64,000 nucleotides of DNA from Thraustochytrium aureum (Eukaryota): NCBI GenBank assembly GCA_012862495.1, contig BLSG01000454.1, positions 1-64,000 on the forward strand, in the 5' to 3' direction. Each line of letters opens with the position of its first letter. Within the stretch, counting starts at the first letter, position 1. The notes below the pieces were generated by a model that saw nothing but the letters and a program-made list of their open reading frames with translations, made no database searches and was not told the origin of the DNA. Position numbers and translations under genes: made by a program. Positions 21,242 to 32,973 of this stretch are shown in pieces.

Positions 21242-22258
21242 TCAGACAGCGATGAACACAGTTGGAAAGAGGAACGGCAGGACCGGCACCAATGGGGTAA
21301 CCATGAAGGCGCCCATGATGAGCGACACGTGGTAGGCGACGCCGTACGGGTCCTTGATGACCTGGCGCTTCTCGAAAAGGACCGTATAGGTCAGGTAGGC
21401 CACGACGATAGAGGTGGCAACACTCACGAGCAGATTCCAGGAAAACTTGATACACGAATTGTTGTCGTGGTCCTCGGGCTTGAATTTGAGCGACTTTGCG
21501 ACCAAGTCACAGCCGAAGCCGATGCCACACATGATGTAAATGTTGATGACCGGCACGCCAGAGATCGCAGCTAAGGTGTACATAGGAGCAGTTAATAGGC
21601 CCGCGAAACAAGCCACAGCGATCAGCGCGACACCGCACCCGCCTTCGGATTCGCCTGAGCACCACTGGTGGAGCAGTACAAGGAGGCCGCCGGCGACAAG
21701 GACTGCGAGGAAAGCGCCACTGGCACCAGCAGCGGCCTGCAAGCCATGCGTGACGACGGTCCCCTGATCGATCGAGCTGAGGACGGCGGCGTCTGCGATG
21801 TGGCTATTCAGGTACGAGATCGTCGCGATTTGTGAGCACGACACGAGAAGGACTGGGAGCACGACTAGCATCAGCAGGGCGCAGATCGCGCTCGCAACGA
21901 AAACAGCGCAGTTGCCGCGGCCCTCGCCAGCGCGGTCGTCGCCGCCTCTGCCAGCAAGCCACGTGCTCGAGATGGGGCTCACCCTGTCGAACAGGTAGGA
22001 AAACCTTGTCAGCACCGTGCCCTCCTCGTTGCGCAAGTTTGCGGTCTTCGTGCGGCAAAGCGGGCACTTGCGGTGCTCTGCAACGCCCTTGATGCACTCC
22101 TCGTTGCTGCAGGCGACCACATGCCCGCAAGGCTCGACGCGGTTGGTCGCCGGCTCGGACAGGCAGATCACGCAGGGATCCCCCGTCTCTGGCGCCGCCG
22201 CCTCGTGGACGTCACCAAGCGTCACGACGATCTCGCGTGCGCCCGCGTCGCCCAGCAT
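21242..22258 (-). CDS. RING finger + multi-pass membrane protein, array copy 4
   Basis: CVICLSEPATNRVEPCGHVVACSNEECIKGVAEHRKCPLCR; ~6 TM; AYLTYTVLFEKR, DPYG, SLIMG, LPFLFPTVF. Confidence 0.88.
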   Translation of the reverse strand: MLGDAGAREIVVTLGDVHEAAAPETGDPCVICLSEPATNRVEPCGHVVACSNEECIKGVAEHRKCPLCRTKTANLRNEEGTVLTRFSYLFDRVSPISSTWLAGRGGDDRAGEGRGNCAVFVASAICALLMLVVLPVLLVSCSQIATISYLNSHIADAAVLSSIDQGTVVTHGLQAAAGASGAFLAVLVAGGLLVLLHQWCSGESEGGCGVALIAVACFAGLLTAPMYTLAAISGVPVINIYIMCGIGFGCDLVAKSLKFKPEDHDNNSCIKFSWNLLVSVATSIVVAYLTYTVLFEKRQVIKDPYGVAYHVSLIMGAFMVTPLVPVLPFLFPTVFIAV

Positions 22259-23387
22259 CCTCGAGGCTCGCCGAACCAAACTCGATAAGCGGGACCGCTG
22301 CGTGTACTCAAGTACTTCTTGCGGCGTCAGACCAAACGGCTTTGCAGCTCTGCCGGAGGGCGCTCGCTCGCAAGCGTCGAGGTCCTGATCACACGACGGT
22401 GCAAGAGCCCGCTTGCCACGTGTTGCTAGAGGCGGCGCGGCCGAGGAGGAGAGAGGGGGGGGGCGGTCTTTGCAGACTTCAATGCAGAGCCGTGGTGGTG
22501 AATTTCACCCTGCTTTCTTCCAGATCAAGCGAGCAAGTGCTCTGCTCTACGTACTCATCGATGCAGCAACCCACGCGACGCGCAGCCGTTTATTGGTGTG
22601 AGCACCGGGCGCTCGCGTCGAGGCAGGCAGCGTGCCTCCTCTCACGCCAGCCTGTGCGAAGGCGTTTGTGGGTGGGCAGTTTGGCCAAGATCGTGGCGAG
22701 TTCAGCGACATACGTCTGCGCGTTTGTGGCCGGCCCACGTCGGCCACTGGGGTAACAGGGGTGACCTTCATCTGCTGCTCGTCGCTTTCGAGTCTGTTCC
22801 CCTTCCCTGTGGCCAGGCGCCAAATCTTTGACTTGGCAGCATCAATGGGGACATCTCGGCAAGCCTCACTGCTGGTGACCGACCGGGGGCCGTGCACTTA
22901 CTGGGCCGATAGGTTTGGCGGAGTGCGGTCGTGCTACAGAGGTCAACTGCCGGGAGCGAGACGGACTCGGAGGCGCAATCCAACGAGCTTTGCCGGTCGA
23001 GTTGGTAGGAAGGTGCTCGTCCCCTTTAGCTTCCAACGGGGGAGTATGCGCGTCGGGCACCACCTCGCGCGTGTTGAAGGGCGCTGAAGCGGCCGACGGG
23101 CCCAGCTGCTGGCCTGCGCTAATGGGCGGCGCGGCGCTTGCGGTCGAGCTCATCACGTACCTCTAGAGCTAGCTTTGGACGCCATTGGTCCGTACCGGTA
23201 CCCTACTGCTGGAAAACGCAAACTGATGAGAAACGTCAACTACTAGTAAAACTACAACACGATCTGCTCCTTGAATAACAGTACATCCCCACAAACGCAG
23301 CAGTGGGCGGCGGCCGCTTGGGCCAGCAGGTCCGCCGGCCAAACAATATCTGATGTCCCTGGCCAAAACAACATCTGAGGTCACGGA

Positions 23388-24025
23388 TTACGCGCGGCCG
23401 GAGCGCGCCAGTGACAAAAAAGGACCACGTCGAGCGGGCAGCTCGCTCTCGCTCGGCTCGTCGTGGTTTGGAAATGCCTCGGGGAACAGAGCCGAAAGAG
23501 CACCGCTGTTAAACCAACAGCGGAAAAGGGCGAAAAACAAAGCGACCGACTTGGCAACGCCCAGAGGGTCAGTAGCGCTGTCGACGCTCGCGACGAGACG
23601 GTCATAGGTGAGACAGGCAGTCGAAACTGACAACGCGCGCCTGCAAGCGGCGGTCCCAGCAGCCTTGCCGATCGCCGCGCTGAACCTGTGGGCGTAGACG
23701 GTCCCCAAAAGCTCCCAGCCGAACGCCGCACCAACGTCGGACCAGGGCGCGCACTGCGCGAGCCACTGGAGCCCGCGCCACTGCTCTAGCGCAGCAAGAG
23801 CCGCAAGCGCAAGCACTAGGGGCAGGACCGCGGCTGGGCTCGGCTTGCCGCTCGCCAGGTCAGAAGCGGCTCGGGACACGAGCATGGCCGCCACGGCAAC
23901 GAAGACACCGGCCCCTGCGCACGTCAAAAGCATAGCCGCTAGGTCGCCAGCACTTGCGTTTGCATCGGTGCCCGCGCCAGAGAGGAGCGGATGCGAGCCG
24001 AGGGATGCGGCGAGAACGGCTGCCA
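23388..24025 (-). CDS. Hypothetical hydrophobic/membrane protein (5' part in gap)
   Basis: The frame is open from the gap edge to the stop at 23388 and has several Ala/Leu-rich hydrophobic stretches; no recognisable motif. Confidence 0.35.
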
Positions 24026-26355
24026 NNNNNNNNNNNNNNNNNNNNNNNNNNNNNNNNNNNNNNNNNNNNNNNNNNNNNNNNNNNNNNNNNNNNNNNNNNN
24101 NNNNNNNNNNNNNNNNNNNNNNNNNNNNNNNNNNNNNNNNNNNNNNNNNNNNNNNNNNNNNNNNNNNNNNNNNNNNNNNNNNNNNNNNNNNNNNNNNNNN
24201 NNNNNNNNNNNNNNNNNNNNNNNNNNNNNNNNNNNNNNNNNNNNNNNNNNNNNNNNNNNNNNNNNNNNNNNNNNNNNNNNNNNNNNNNNNNNNNNNNNNN
24301 NNNNNNNNNNNNNNNNNNNNNNNNNNNNNNNNNNNNNNNNNNNNNNNNNNNNNNNNNNNNNNNNNNNNNNNNNNNNNNNNNNNNNNNNNNNNNNNNNNNN
24401 NNNNNNNNNNNNNNNNNNNNNNNNNNNNNNNNNNNNNNNNNNNNNNNNNNNNNNNNNNNNNNNNNNNNNNNNNNNNNNNNNNNNNNNNNNNNNNNNNNNN
24501 NNNNNNNNNNTCTTTCGGCCACCTGGTCCAGGTCCCGTGAGCAGGTCAGTCCACCGAACCAAAGCTCTGCGAAACGGCACGCAAGGCAGGCTGGCCGGAC
24601 GCGCGTCTCGCGCAGCGCAGCAAGCGGGCGGCGTCCGACGATGCGGCCGGCGCCTTCCCCTTCGTCTCGGTCCTCGAGGCCTCGGTTTCGAGGGCCTCTA
24701 GGGAGGCCAGTCCGCCAGCTCAGTCAGTCGATCCGGTGCGAAACCGCGCGAAAGGCGCGCAGGACGCGCGCGACGACGCGCAGCGCAGCGCAGCGCAGCG
24801 GCCGATGCGGCGCTTTCCAACGCGCTCCGAGCAGCTCGAGCTCGAGCTCCGTGGCTCAATTCGCTGAAGGGTCAATTGGGCTCTGCTGCTCTCGCGAGGC
24901 CAAACTGCACGCTGCCCCGCTATGATGAGGATCCGCGCACCTGGTCCGTGAGAGCAGCGCCACGCGTCACGCGGGACAGGGCCTGCTGGGGACTCGGGGC
25001 GGTGGGGGCAGTTCCGCGTGCGGTTGTATCGGGACCGGCGCTGCGGCGAGGGGACGCGTCGACAGGATTCGCCGGCGCCCTCTGTTTGTGTTTCTCCGCG
25101 CTTTCGCTTTGCCTTTCGGGATTACTTTGTGATTTACCGCGACATGGGTGAAACTAGCGGCGGTATAACCTACGTATCGCGGGGCTATAAGAGTAAGGCG
25201 AATCTCGAGGTAGTGTTTGCACCGTACTTATTCCGATTTTACCGGGGTGTACTGTGCGCGTTTTTGGCGACTCAGTGCGGCCGCGCGGGCGGCTGTGCGC
25301 GCGTTTCGGTCAAACGGCGCAGGCGGCCGTGCGAGCAGTGGCTCAAACTGCCATTGTTCGGCTCGGTTGTCCGCGTGCGAAACCCGCAACTGCCGCGAAA
25401 CAGGTCATTTTGATGCACTGCTCGTCGACGGACGGCCTTCGCGGGGGCCCTGTTGTGGTTTTCCGTTGTGATCTCGGCGCAATTCGCTGCCTCCCTTCCA
25501 GCCGCCAAGCGAGTACGGCGCGGACCGCCGCGGCGCCCAGCTCTGCGCGCGCTGCCCCTGGAGCTGCGGGGCTCACTCCGGCCCTGTCAACCTGGTTGGT
25601 GATTTCATCAAGCGATGCTGTGCGTAACTTGTGTTTGCGGCAGGCACTTGTGAAATCGCGGCGCGGGGCCGCGTAAGCAGGCTGGAGCAGGGTGGGGCTG
25701 GCCAGCCGTGCTGCTGCTGGTGAGCCGCTGCTGCCGCCGCCGCTGCCGTGTGCTCGCTCGCAAGGACTTTGGCCTGGACGCCACCATGCGCCGCGGCCGC
25801 GATGATGATGAGCTTCGACGCACGCATTTCACTCCGCGAGTCAAGAGGTGGAGGAAGGCAAGTGACCTAGGTCGGCCTCCCAAACATCCATGCACGTCGA
25901 AGCCGCTGCCGGTGCACAAGGCGCCTCTGATGACCAGGCGTGACAGTCCATGCACGCAGACGCCTGGAGTGAGTGAGTGAGCGGGTGAGCGAGTGGTTGA
26001 GTGAGTCTCAGAGTGAGTTTGAAGCAAGCTCGCCGCACAACAACGGCAGGTGATGAGAGAGCGCGGAGCTGGGACGACGGCGTGCCTGCCTCTGCCCGCT
26101 GCCTCATTGCCTCTGGCCGCTGCCTGCCTCTGTGCGAGCGTCGACGAACAATCAACGCAGGCGAAATTGGACGACAGACAAGCGAGCACTGGAAGACACT
26201 GCTGCAAGACACTGGTTTCTGCGTGAAGCAACCCATCCATCCGCGAGCGAGCAGACACCAAACGCGAGCGGCGAAGCGGAAGAAACAACCTCGGAAGGGC
26301 GACCACGAGCGAGCGAGCGAGCGACAGGTACTCGACCGATCAGCAAAGCACCAGG

Positions 26356-27906
26356 ATGGCAGGCAAAGTCGTGAGCCAGCGCGAGCTGGACGAGCACTCC
26401 AAGGGCGAGAATGCCTGGATCGTGATCGACGGCGACGTCTACGACGTGTCCAAGTTCGCGGCCCTCCACCCTGGTGGCGAGGAGGTGCTCCGCGAGTACG
26501 CCGGGCAGGACTGCACGGAGGTGTTCTTTGGGCTGCACAGGCAGGAGGTCCTCGTCAAGTATGCCCCGCGGCTCGTCGTGGGCCGGCTCGAGGGCGCCGA
26601 GGAGCGCGACGAGGACAACCGCATCAGGACCCGCGCCGAGCTCTCCGGCGTGCCGTACGCCGAGCCGCTGGCCTGGCAGGGCGGGTTCAGCCCCTACTGG
26701 ACCGAGGACCACATCAAGATGCGCAGCACGGTCCGCAAGTGGCTGTACGAGAACCTCCTCGAGGAGGCCGAGGCCGGCGAGCTGAGCGGCAAGCCGCCCA
26801 GCAAGGAGATCTTTCTCAAGATGGGCGAGTCGGGCCTCCTGGCCGGGCGCATCGGCCCAGGCAAGCACCTGGACCTGATCCCCAACAAGGACATCTTTGG
26901 GTTCCCCAAGGAAAAGTTCGACTACTTTGCCGAGGCCATCCTCCACGAGGAGGTCGGCCGCCTGGCCTGCCCCGGCTTTGTGGACGGCCTCGGCTCTGGC
27001 ATGTGCATCGGGCTCCCCCCGGTCCTCCAGTTCGGGCCCAAGTGGATGCGCGAGAAGGTCGGCAAGGAGGTGCTCAGCGGCCAGAAGCGCATCTCGCTGG
27101 CCATCAGCGAGGCCTTTGCCGGTTCGGACGTCGCCAACATCCGCACCACGGCGGTCAAGACGCCGGACGGCCGCTTTTTCATCGTCAACGGGACCAAAAA
27201 GTGGATCACCAACGGCCACCACAGCGAGTACTTTAGCACCCTCTGCAAGACTGAGGGCGGCCAGACCATGCTTCTCATCGAGCGCGGCGAGGGCGTCGAG
27301 ACCAAGTCGATCAAGACCAGCTACTCGCCCTCGGCCGGCACGGCCTACATTACCTTTGAGAACGTCAAGGTCCCCGTCGAGAACGTGATCGGCCAGGAGG
27401 GCTCCGGCTTCATGGTGACCATGTACAACTTCAACCACGAGCGCTGGATGATCATCGCCTACATCATTGCCGGCTCGCGCGGCATGATCGACGAGTGCTT
27501 CAAGTGGGCCAACCAGCGCGTCGCCTTTGGCAAGCCGCTCATCCAGCAGCCCGTCATTCGCCAAAAGCTCGCCGGCATGGTCGCGCGGGTCGAGAGCGTG
27601 TACGCCTGGTTCGAGATGCTCACCTACCAAATGACCAAGCTGCCGTACAACCAGCAGTCCATGGAGCTTGCCGGCACGATGTCGCTCCTCAAGTACCACT
27701 CGACCCGTTGCGCCTACGAGATCGCTGACGAGGCGGTGCAGGTCTTTGGCGGCCGCGCCATCACCAACTCGGGCATGGGCAAGTACGTCGAGCGTTTCAT
27801 GCGGACCAACAAGTTTGCCGCCATTCTCGGCGGTTCCGAGGAGATCATGGCCGACCTCGGCATCAAGATGGCTGCCAAGGGCATCCCGGCCACTGCCAAG
27901 CTCTGA
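26356..27906 (+). CDS. Cytochrome b5-fused acyl-CoA dehydrogenase with C-terminal PTS1-like AKL
   Basis: N-terminal b5 domain WIVIDGDVYDVSKFAALHPGG..AGQDCTEVFFGLH; ACAD motifs LAISEAFAGSDVA, VNGTKKWITNG, FNHERW, QVFGG, ILGGSEEIM; strong GC3 codon bias. Confidence 0.96.
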   Translation: MAGKVVSQRELDEHSKGENAWIVIDGDVYDVSKFAALHPGGEEVLREYAGQDCTEVFFGLHRQEVLVKYAPRLVVGRLEGAEERDEDNRIRTRAELSGVPYAEPLAWQGGFSPYWTEDHIKMRSTVRKWLYENLLEEAEAGELSGKPPSKEIFLKMGESGLLAGRIGPGKHLDLIPNKDIFGFPKEKFDYFAEAILHEEVGRLACPGFVDGLGSGMCIGLPPVLQFGPKWMREKVGKEVLSGQKRISLAISEAFAGSDVANIRTTAVKTPDGRFFIVNGTKKWITNGHHSEYFSTLCKTEGGQTMLLIERGEGVETKSIKTSYSPSAGTAYITFENVKVPVENVIGQEGSGFMVTMYNFNHERWMIIAYIIAGSRGMIDECFKWANQRVAFGKPLIQQPVIRQKLAGMVARVESVYAWFEMLTYQMTKLPYNQQSMELAGTMSLLKYHSTRCAYEIADEAVQVFGGRAITNSGMGKYVERFMRTNKFAAILGGSEEIMADLGIKMAAKGIPATAKL

Positions 27907-29096
27907 GCTGTCCGTTTTCCCCGACCGGCTGCGCGTTGCTCTTTCCGCCGTCGCGTCGCGCCTTATTTGCTTGTTTTAAACAAAATCATCGTCAACGTTA
28001 CGCAAGTGGTTGGATTCTTGCGCCGCGCGACGCACTTCGCACGTTGCAGGCAAGAGTCCCCGGGTCGGGTTCTCATCTAAAACGCTCCAGCGCCTGCGAT
28101 GCGACCCTCGAACGGTAGGTAGAGATGGTCTTGAAAGTTCGGGCGCTCGGGCCAAAATGAGCGCGGTGCATCCTCGTGTGGGGCCATGGCGATCGCTCGG
28201 GGCGCCCACAACCGTGGACCGCCCAGCCTCATGTGGCAGCACCACGTTACACGCTACTCGAGTACTCACTTTACCGGTACTTGCTCTACAAACCAGCGGG
28301 CGAGCAAGGTGCACGACGCGATCAACCGAGCTGTTCCTTCGTAGCCAGCGTCCCCGCTTCCAATGGTCTCGCAGCATGCTCGCGCGCTTGCGGCTCCCGC
28401 GCGTGCTAGCTCGTGCTAGCACTCCTACCGCCGCCCGTGTTCCGTTGGCCGGCGGGACGCAGCCAACCGTGCAATGCGCTCATAATAACGACGCAGGCGC
28501 AGCGCCGCAAGCGGCACTATCGCTTAGCCACCGCGCGCAAGCGACTTCAACCAACTTCAACTAGCGTTACCGGTCTCACTCCAACACTCCTTACTTTCTT
28601 GATGCACGCAAGGCCAAGGCGAAGGTGTGGTGTCTCAGACTGGCACAGNNNNNNNNNNNNNNNNNNNNNNNNNNNNNNNNNNNNNNNNNNNNNNNNNNNN
28701 NNNNNNNNNNNNNNNNNNNNNNNNNNNNNNNNNNNNNNNNNNNNNNNNNNNNTGCTGGTTGTGGCTTGCGCGGTGACAGTTGCTCTGTCGACTCGGAGCA
28801 GGTAGAGTGGTTGTGGGTGCATGCGAGAGCGCCGCGAGGCGAGAGCCGTGAGCCGCGAGCGCACCTTGTCAAGGGCAGCTGGCTGGCTGTGCCTGCCCAC
28901 CCGCTGGCAAAGGCTGTGGAGTACATTCAGCAGGGGCGGGCGGAATGGTGTGCAAGTATGTACTTGCAGAGCTTGCAGTGCTTGCCACGCCAGTGTGATT
29001 ACTTCTGCTGGCGTTGTTGCGGCTCGGCTCTGCAGCACGTAGCATTGATGCCAGTCCCCAAACGCACAACCGATTGACTTGATTTGAAAGAGGCCA

Positions 29097-30684
29097 ATGG
29101 TGATGGAGACAAGCGACTTTCTTGGGCTCGGCGCAGCCCAGGTCGTGAGCGACTACTCGTCCAGCAGCGAGGATGAGGAGGACGAGTTCGCGCCGCTGGA
29201 GGCCGAGCAGGTCGACGCCGAGGTCTCGTCGGCAAGCCCGCGCTTCTCGATGACCAGAACCACGTCCAAACGGTCGATGCAGCAGAAGCGCGCACTGGAC
29301 AAACTCGCACGCCACATCGACTCACTCAAGGTGCACCAAGCTGGCCACCACAGCAAACGCCCCAAAGGCGCAGGCTTGTCAGCGGTGCGGAGCGCCGGCT
29401 CAGCAGCAAACCAAGGCCACCGCTCCGCCATGGAGGACCGACTCTTGCTCAAGCCAAACCTCCTGCCTGGCACTTTTTTCGCAGGCGTCTTCGACGGCCA
29501 CAACGGCCAAGCAACGAGCCAAGCCCTGAAAGAGCTGCTGCACCAGCGCGTCTCCGCCGCCCTGCTGGCCGCCAAGCAAGAGGGATGCCAAGCGACGACC
29601 TGGACGGACCGCCTCCTGGTCGAGTCGTTCCTCGACTTCGACCTCGAGCTGCTCGCCCAGGCACGAGAGAGGCAAGGACAGAGCAAGCCCGGCGAGGCCC
29701 GGCGCGCGCTAAAGTCTTGCAAATCGAGCTCGCGGTTCACCGACCCGTGCCGCCTCCGCAAGTCCGCCGCGGATCTACCCGCCGACTTTGCTTCCGGCTC
29801 GACTGCTACCGTGCTTCTGGCATCAGCGGAACAAGTGTCCGTGGCCTGGGTTGGCGACAGTCGCGCCGTGCTCTGCAGAGGCGGCCGTGCCGTCCCACTC
29901 ACCAAGGACCACCGCTCCTCCGATGCGGACGAGGCAACGCGCGTGCGNNNNNNNNNNNNNNNNNNNNNNNNNNNNNNNNNNNNNNNNNNNNNNNNNNNNN
30001 NNNNNNNNNNNNNNNNNNNNNNNNNNNNNNNNNNNNNNNNNNNNNNNNNNNNNNNNNNNNNNNNNNNNNNNNNNNNNNNNNNNNNNNNNNNNNNNNNNNN
30101 NNNNNNNNNNNNNNNNNNNNNNNNNNNNNNNNNNNNNNNNNNNNNNNNNNNNNNNNNNNNNNNNNNNNNNNNNNNNNNNNNNNNNNNNNNNNNNNNNNNN
30201 NNNNNNNNNNNNNNNNNNNNNNNNNNNNNNNNNNNNNNNNNNNNNNNNNNNNNNNNNNNNNNNNNNNNNNNNNNNNNNNNNNNNNNNNNNNNCCAACGGG
30301 CGCCTGTACCATGACATCAACTTGTCGCGCGCGTTTGGGAGCTTCAAGCACAAGCTCCACAACCTGGACGCGGTGCCAGCAGAACGCAACGGACAGGGCG
30401 AGCGCGACCAACGCGCGCTGGACCGCGCCGTGCAGCCCCGCAACCCGCTCCTCGCCGAGCCGGAGGTCGTCACCTTTCAGCCCGGCGATGACGACGAGTT
30501 TGTGCTTATCGCCACGGACGGGGTCTGGGATGTCTTGGACAACGGCGAAGCGGTCCGCCTCGTCCGGCAAGCCATGAACGAGCTCAGGCTGAACGCCGCC
30601 GAGGCCGCAGATCGCGTCGTCTCGCGCGCTCTGCAGCTGGGCTCTGGAGACAACGTCTCCGCTGTGGTGGCCTGCCTGCGCTGA
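29097..30684 (+). CDS. Protein phosphatase 2C with acidic N-terminal extension (internal gap)
   Basis: QGHRSAMEDR, GVFDGHNG, WVGDSRAVL, LTKDHR; after the gap NLSRAFG, IATDGVWDV, GSGDNVSAVV. Confidence 0.92.
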
Positions 30685-31051
30685 GGACCGGCCGCGGCAG
30701 AGCATTGATGATCTCCATGTGGTTGGGGTAATACTACGCAACGCGACGCTGAACGAACGGGGTGCGCAACCGACCTCCGCAACGTGACGAAAAAGGCGCT
30801 GCCGAACCTTACTATTGAGTCAGGCAGCACCAACAGGGACGTCTCGCTGCGCCACGGAGGCGGCTCGCTCGAGGGGGCCCAGGCCAGCCCCATGAGGACC
30901 GGAAGCCAAATGCGAATCGGAGGTGCTCGTGCTGCACTTCCAGGTGACGACGCTTGATCATATAACTTGTTGAATTGAATTTGTCCATTCTGATGTTATT
31001 GTTGGTTGAGCTCGCTCGGACCTCCTCGGCCTGCGGTGGAATTGCTGCTGC

Positions 31052-31751
31052 TCACAGCCTGGCCGGCGTCACGGTCGGGCGCCCCGGGGCAGGCCCATGG
31101 TACGGCACGCCGCACTCGAAGGCGATCTGCTCGAAACGGTCAGAACCAAAACAAAAACGGAGCTTGGCCAGGCCGCCCGCTGTCCACAATCATCGTGGGA
31201 CTGCCGTATGCCCCGGCCTCTACAGCCTGCTCGGTGTTGCTCAAGAGGCGTTTCTTGACATCCTCAGAGTTGCGGTTCGCGACAAGCTCTTTGGCCTTCG
31301 CGTCGGGGATCCCGGCCGTGCTGCAGCACGCGAGCAGGAACGACTCGTCGATCTTGAGGTCGTTTTCTGCGCTGCGCTTGGACCCGTCCAGGTGGATCGC
31401 ATTCGTGAGGCTCTCCACCAGCGGCTCAACGTCGATGCGGGCGAGCTGGGCGGCCACCAGGAGCCGTTGGCAGTGGATTACGTCGCGGGCCACCTCGGTG
31501 AAAAAGTTGGTCGGCGTCGGCAAGAGCTTGACGTCGAAAAGCCGCGCGTTACGCTCCAGGTCGTTGCCCTGGAACATGGCGCGGGGCGCGAGCATGGCGG
31601 GGGGCTTGTTGCCAGTTGCTTTCATCACGCCCCCGAGAAACATGGGCACCGCATCGAGTTCTAGGTTCCACAGCGACTTGTACCGCTGCAGCACCTTCCA
31701 CGAGAGGCAGCTGTATGGCGAGATGACGTCGAAAAAGTACTGGATCTTCAT
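31052..31751 (-). CDS. GSTK1: Glutathione S-transferase kappa / HCCA isomerase (DsbA family), one apparent frameshift
   Basis: YFFDVISPYS, PMFLGGVMKATGNKPP, GAYGSPT. Removing one T near 31150 restores FGSDRFEQIA...TPARL-stop at 31052. Confidence 0.88.
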
Positions 31752-32973
31752 TGCGGCCGCCTTTCTTGTGCAACGTGTGAGTCGAGCCTGCCTGTCTGCC
31801 CGTCTCTTAGTCAGTCAATCAAGCAATGCGTCAATCAGCCAGCCTGCCTGCCTGTCCACTCTGCAAGGCGTGCGCGCGTGTGTCAGGACCGATGCGGGAC
31901 TGCCGAGCAGCGCCCGGCTGGCGTGACGCTTGCAGGGCCGGAAGGACACGACCACCTTGGTGTGCTCGAAAGCCACCGCCCTGCTCCGCTCCTCAGCCGA
32001 CGCGCGCGACGACGGCCGGAACGACGAGTCCCACGCCAGGTGTTCTTCCAACCGTCATCTCGGCGTCAAGCCAAACCAAGCAGGCGAGGGCGTCGTGTCG
32101 AGGCGACAAGAACAGCGTCGGCGTCACTGCAACAAGCATCCGAGAGCGCAGCAACTGTCGAAGCGAGATGAGACAGTCGCTGCAGCAGCCGGCCCGCGAT
32201 CCGGTGCGCTCGTGATCAAACAATCTCGCGGCCGCGGCCATCCTCCCTCTACACTCACCACCGCCACGTCGCTGTACAGCCCACGCGAATCACGAGCACC
32301 AACTCCCGAGTCAGGTCTGTCACTCCTCGAAACAATCCCTGTTGACCGGAACCCGCGCACCCGCGCACACCGCATTGACAGGAACGCGCGCACCCTCGCG
32401 GTTGGCGGTTTTCCCCACTCACGCGCGAATTCAAACTATTTGAATCCCGCCTCACAACGGCGGGCGGTTTTTACCTAAGCTTATCGCGGTTCGCGAGCCC
32501 AGTTTCCCCCTTATAGGGTGGGGAAATGGGCACTTTTGCGCTGGCGTCGCGGCGGTACGGCACTGAGGTGTGGCGCCGGTTTTTTTCCTTTTTTCTTGTC
32601 CTGTTCAGAGCTGATTTTTGATGATTTTGCCAACTTTTTGGTTGTTTTTTGTTGTTTTTTGGTGGTGGTGTTGTCAATGCTGCAGCAGCAGAGCTCGAAA
32701 GCGAAAGCAGCTGACGGACGCGCGCGCGGAGGCCGGCTTCGAGCAGCGCTTGGCACGCAGGCGAGCGCGTTCGCACGCATCGGCCCATCGGTCGGCTTGG
32801 CTTCGGCCGCCAGGGAACCGCTCGCGTCGACCGAGTGCTTCGGCGCTTGACAGGCCCGCAGGCAGGCGCACGTTGCCCACCGGGGAGACTTTCGCCGCGC
32901 GTGCGGCGCTTGGACAGGGCTCGAACGGGTGGGCGCATCGGTCCGGCGGGCTGCAGCTGGCATTCGCGAGGAA

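Noticed and set aside
23215..23250. CTGATGAGAAACGTC resembling a hammerhead ribozyme core
   Set aside because: There is no stem II between CUGAUGA and GAAA, and no complementary stem I arms.
26001..27699. Long overlapping ORFs 26001..27236 (+) and 26152..27699 (-)
   Set aside because: Off-frame and antisense shadows caused by the extreme GC3 bias of the ACAD gene.
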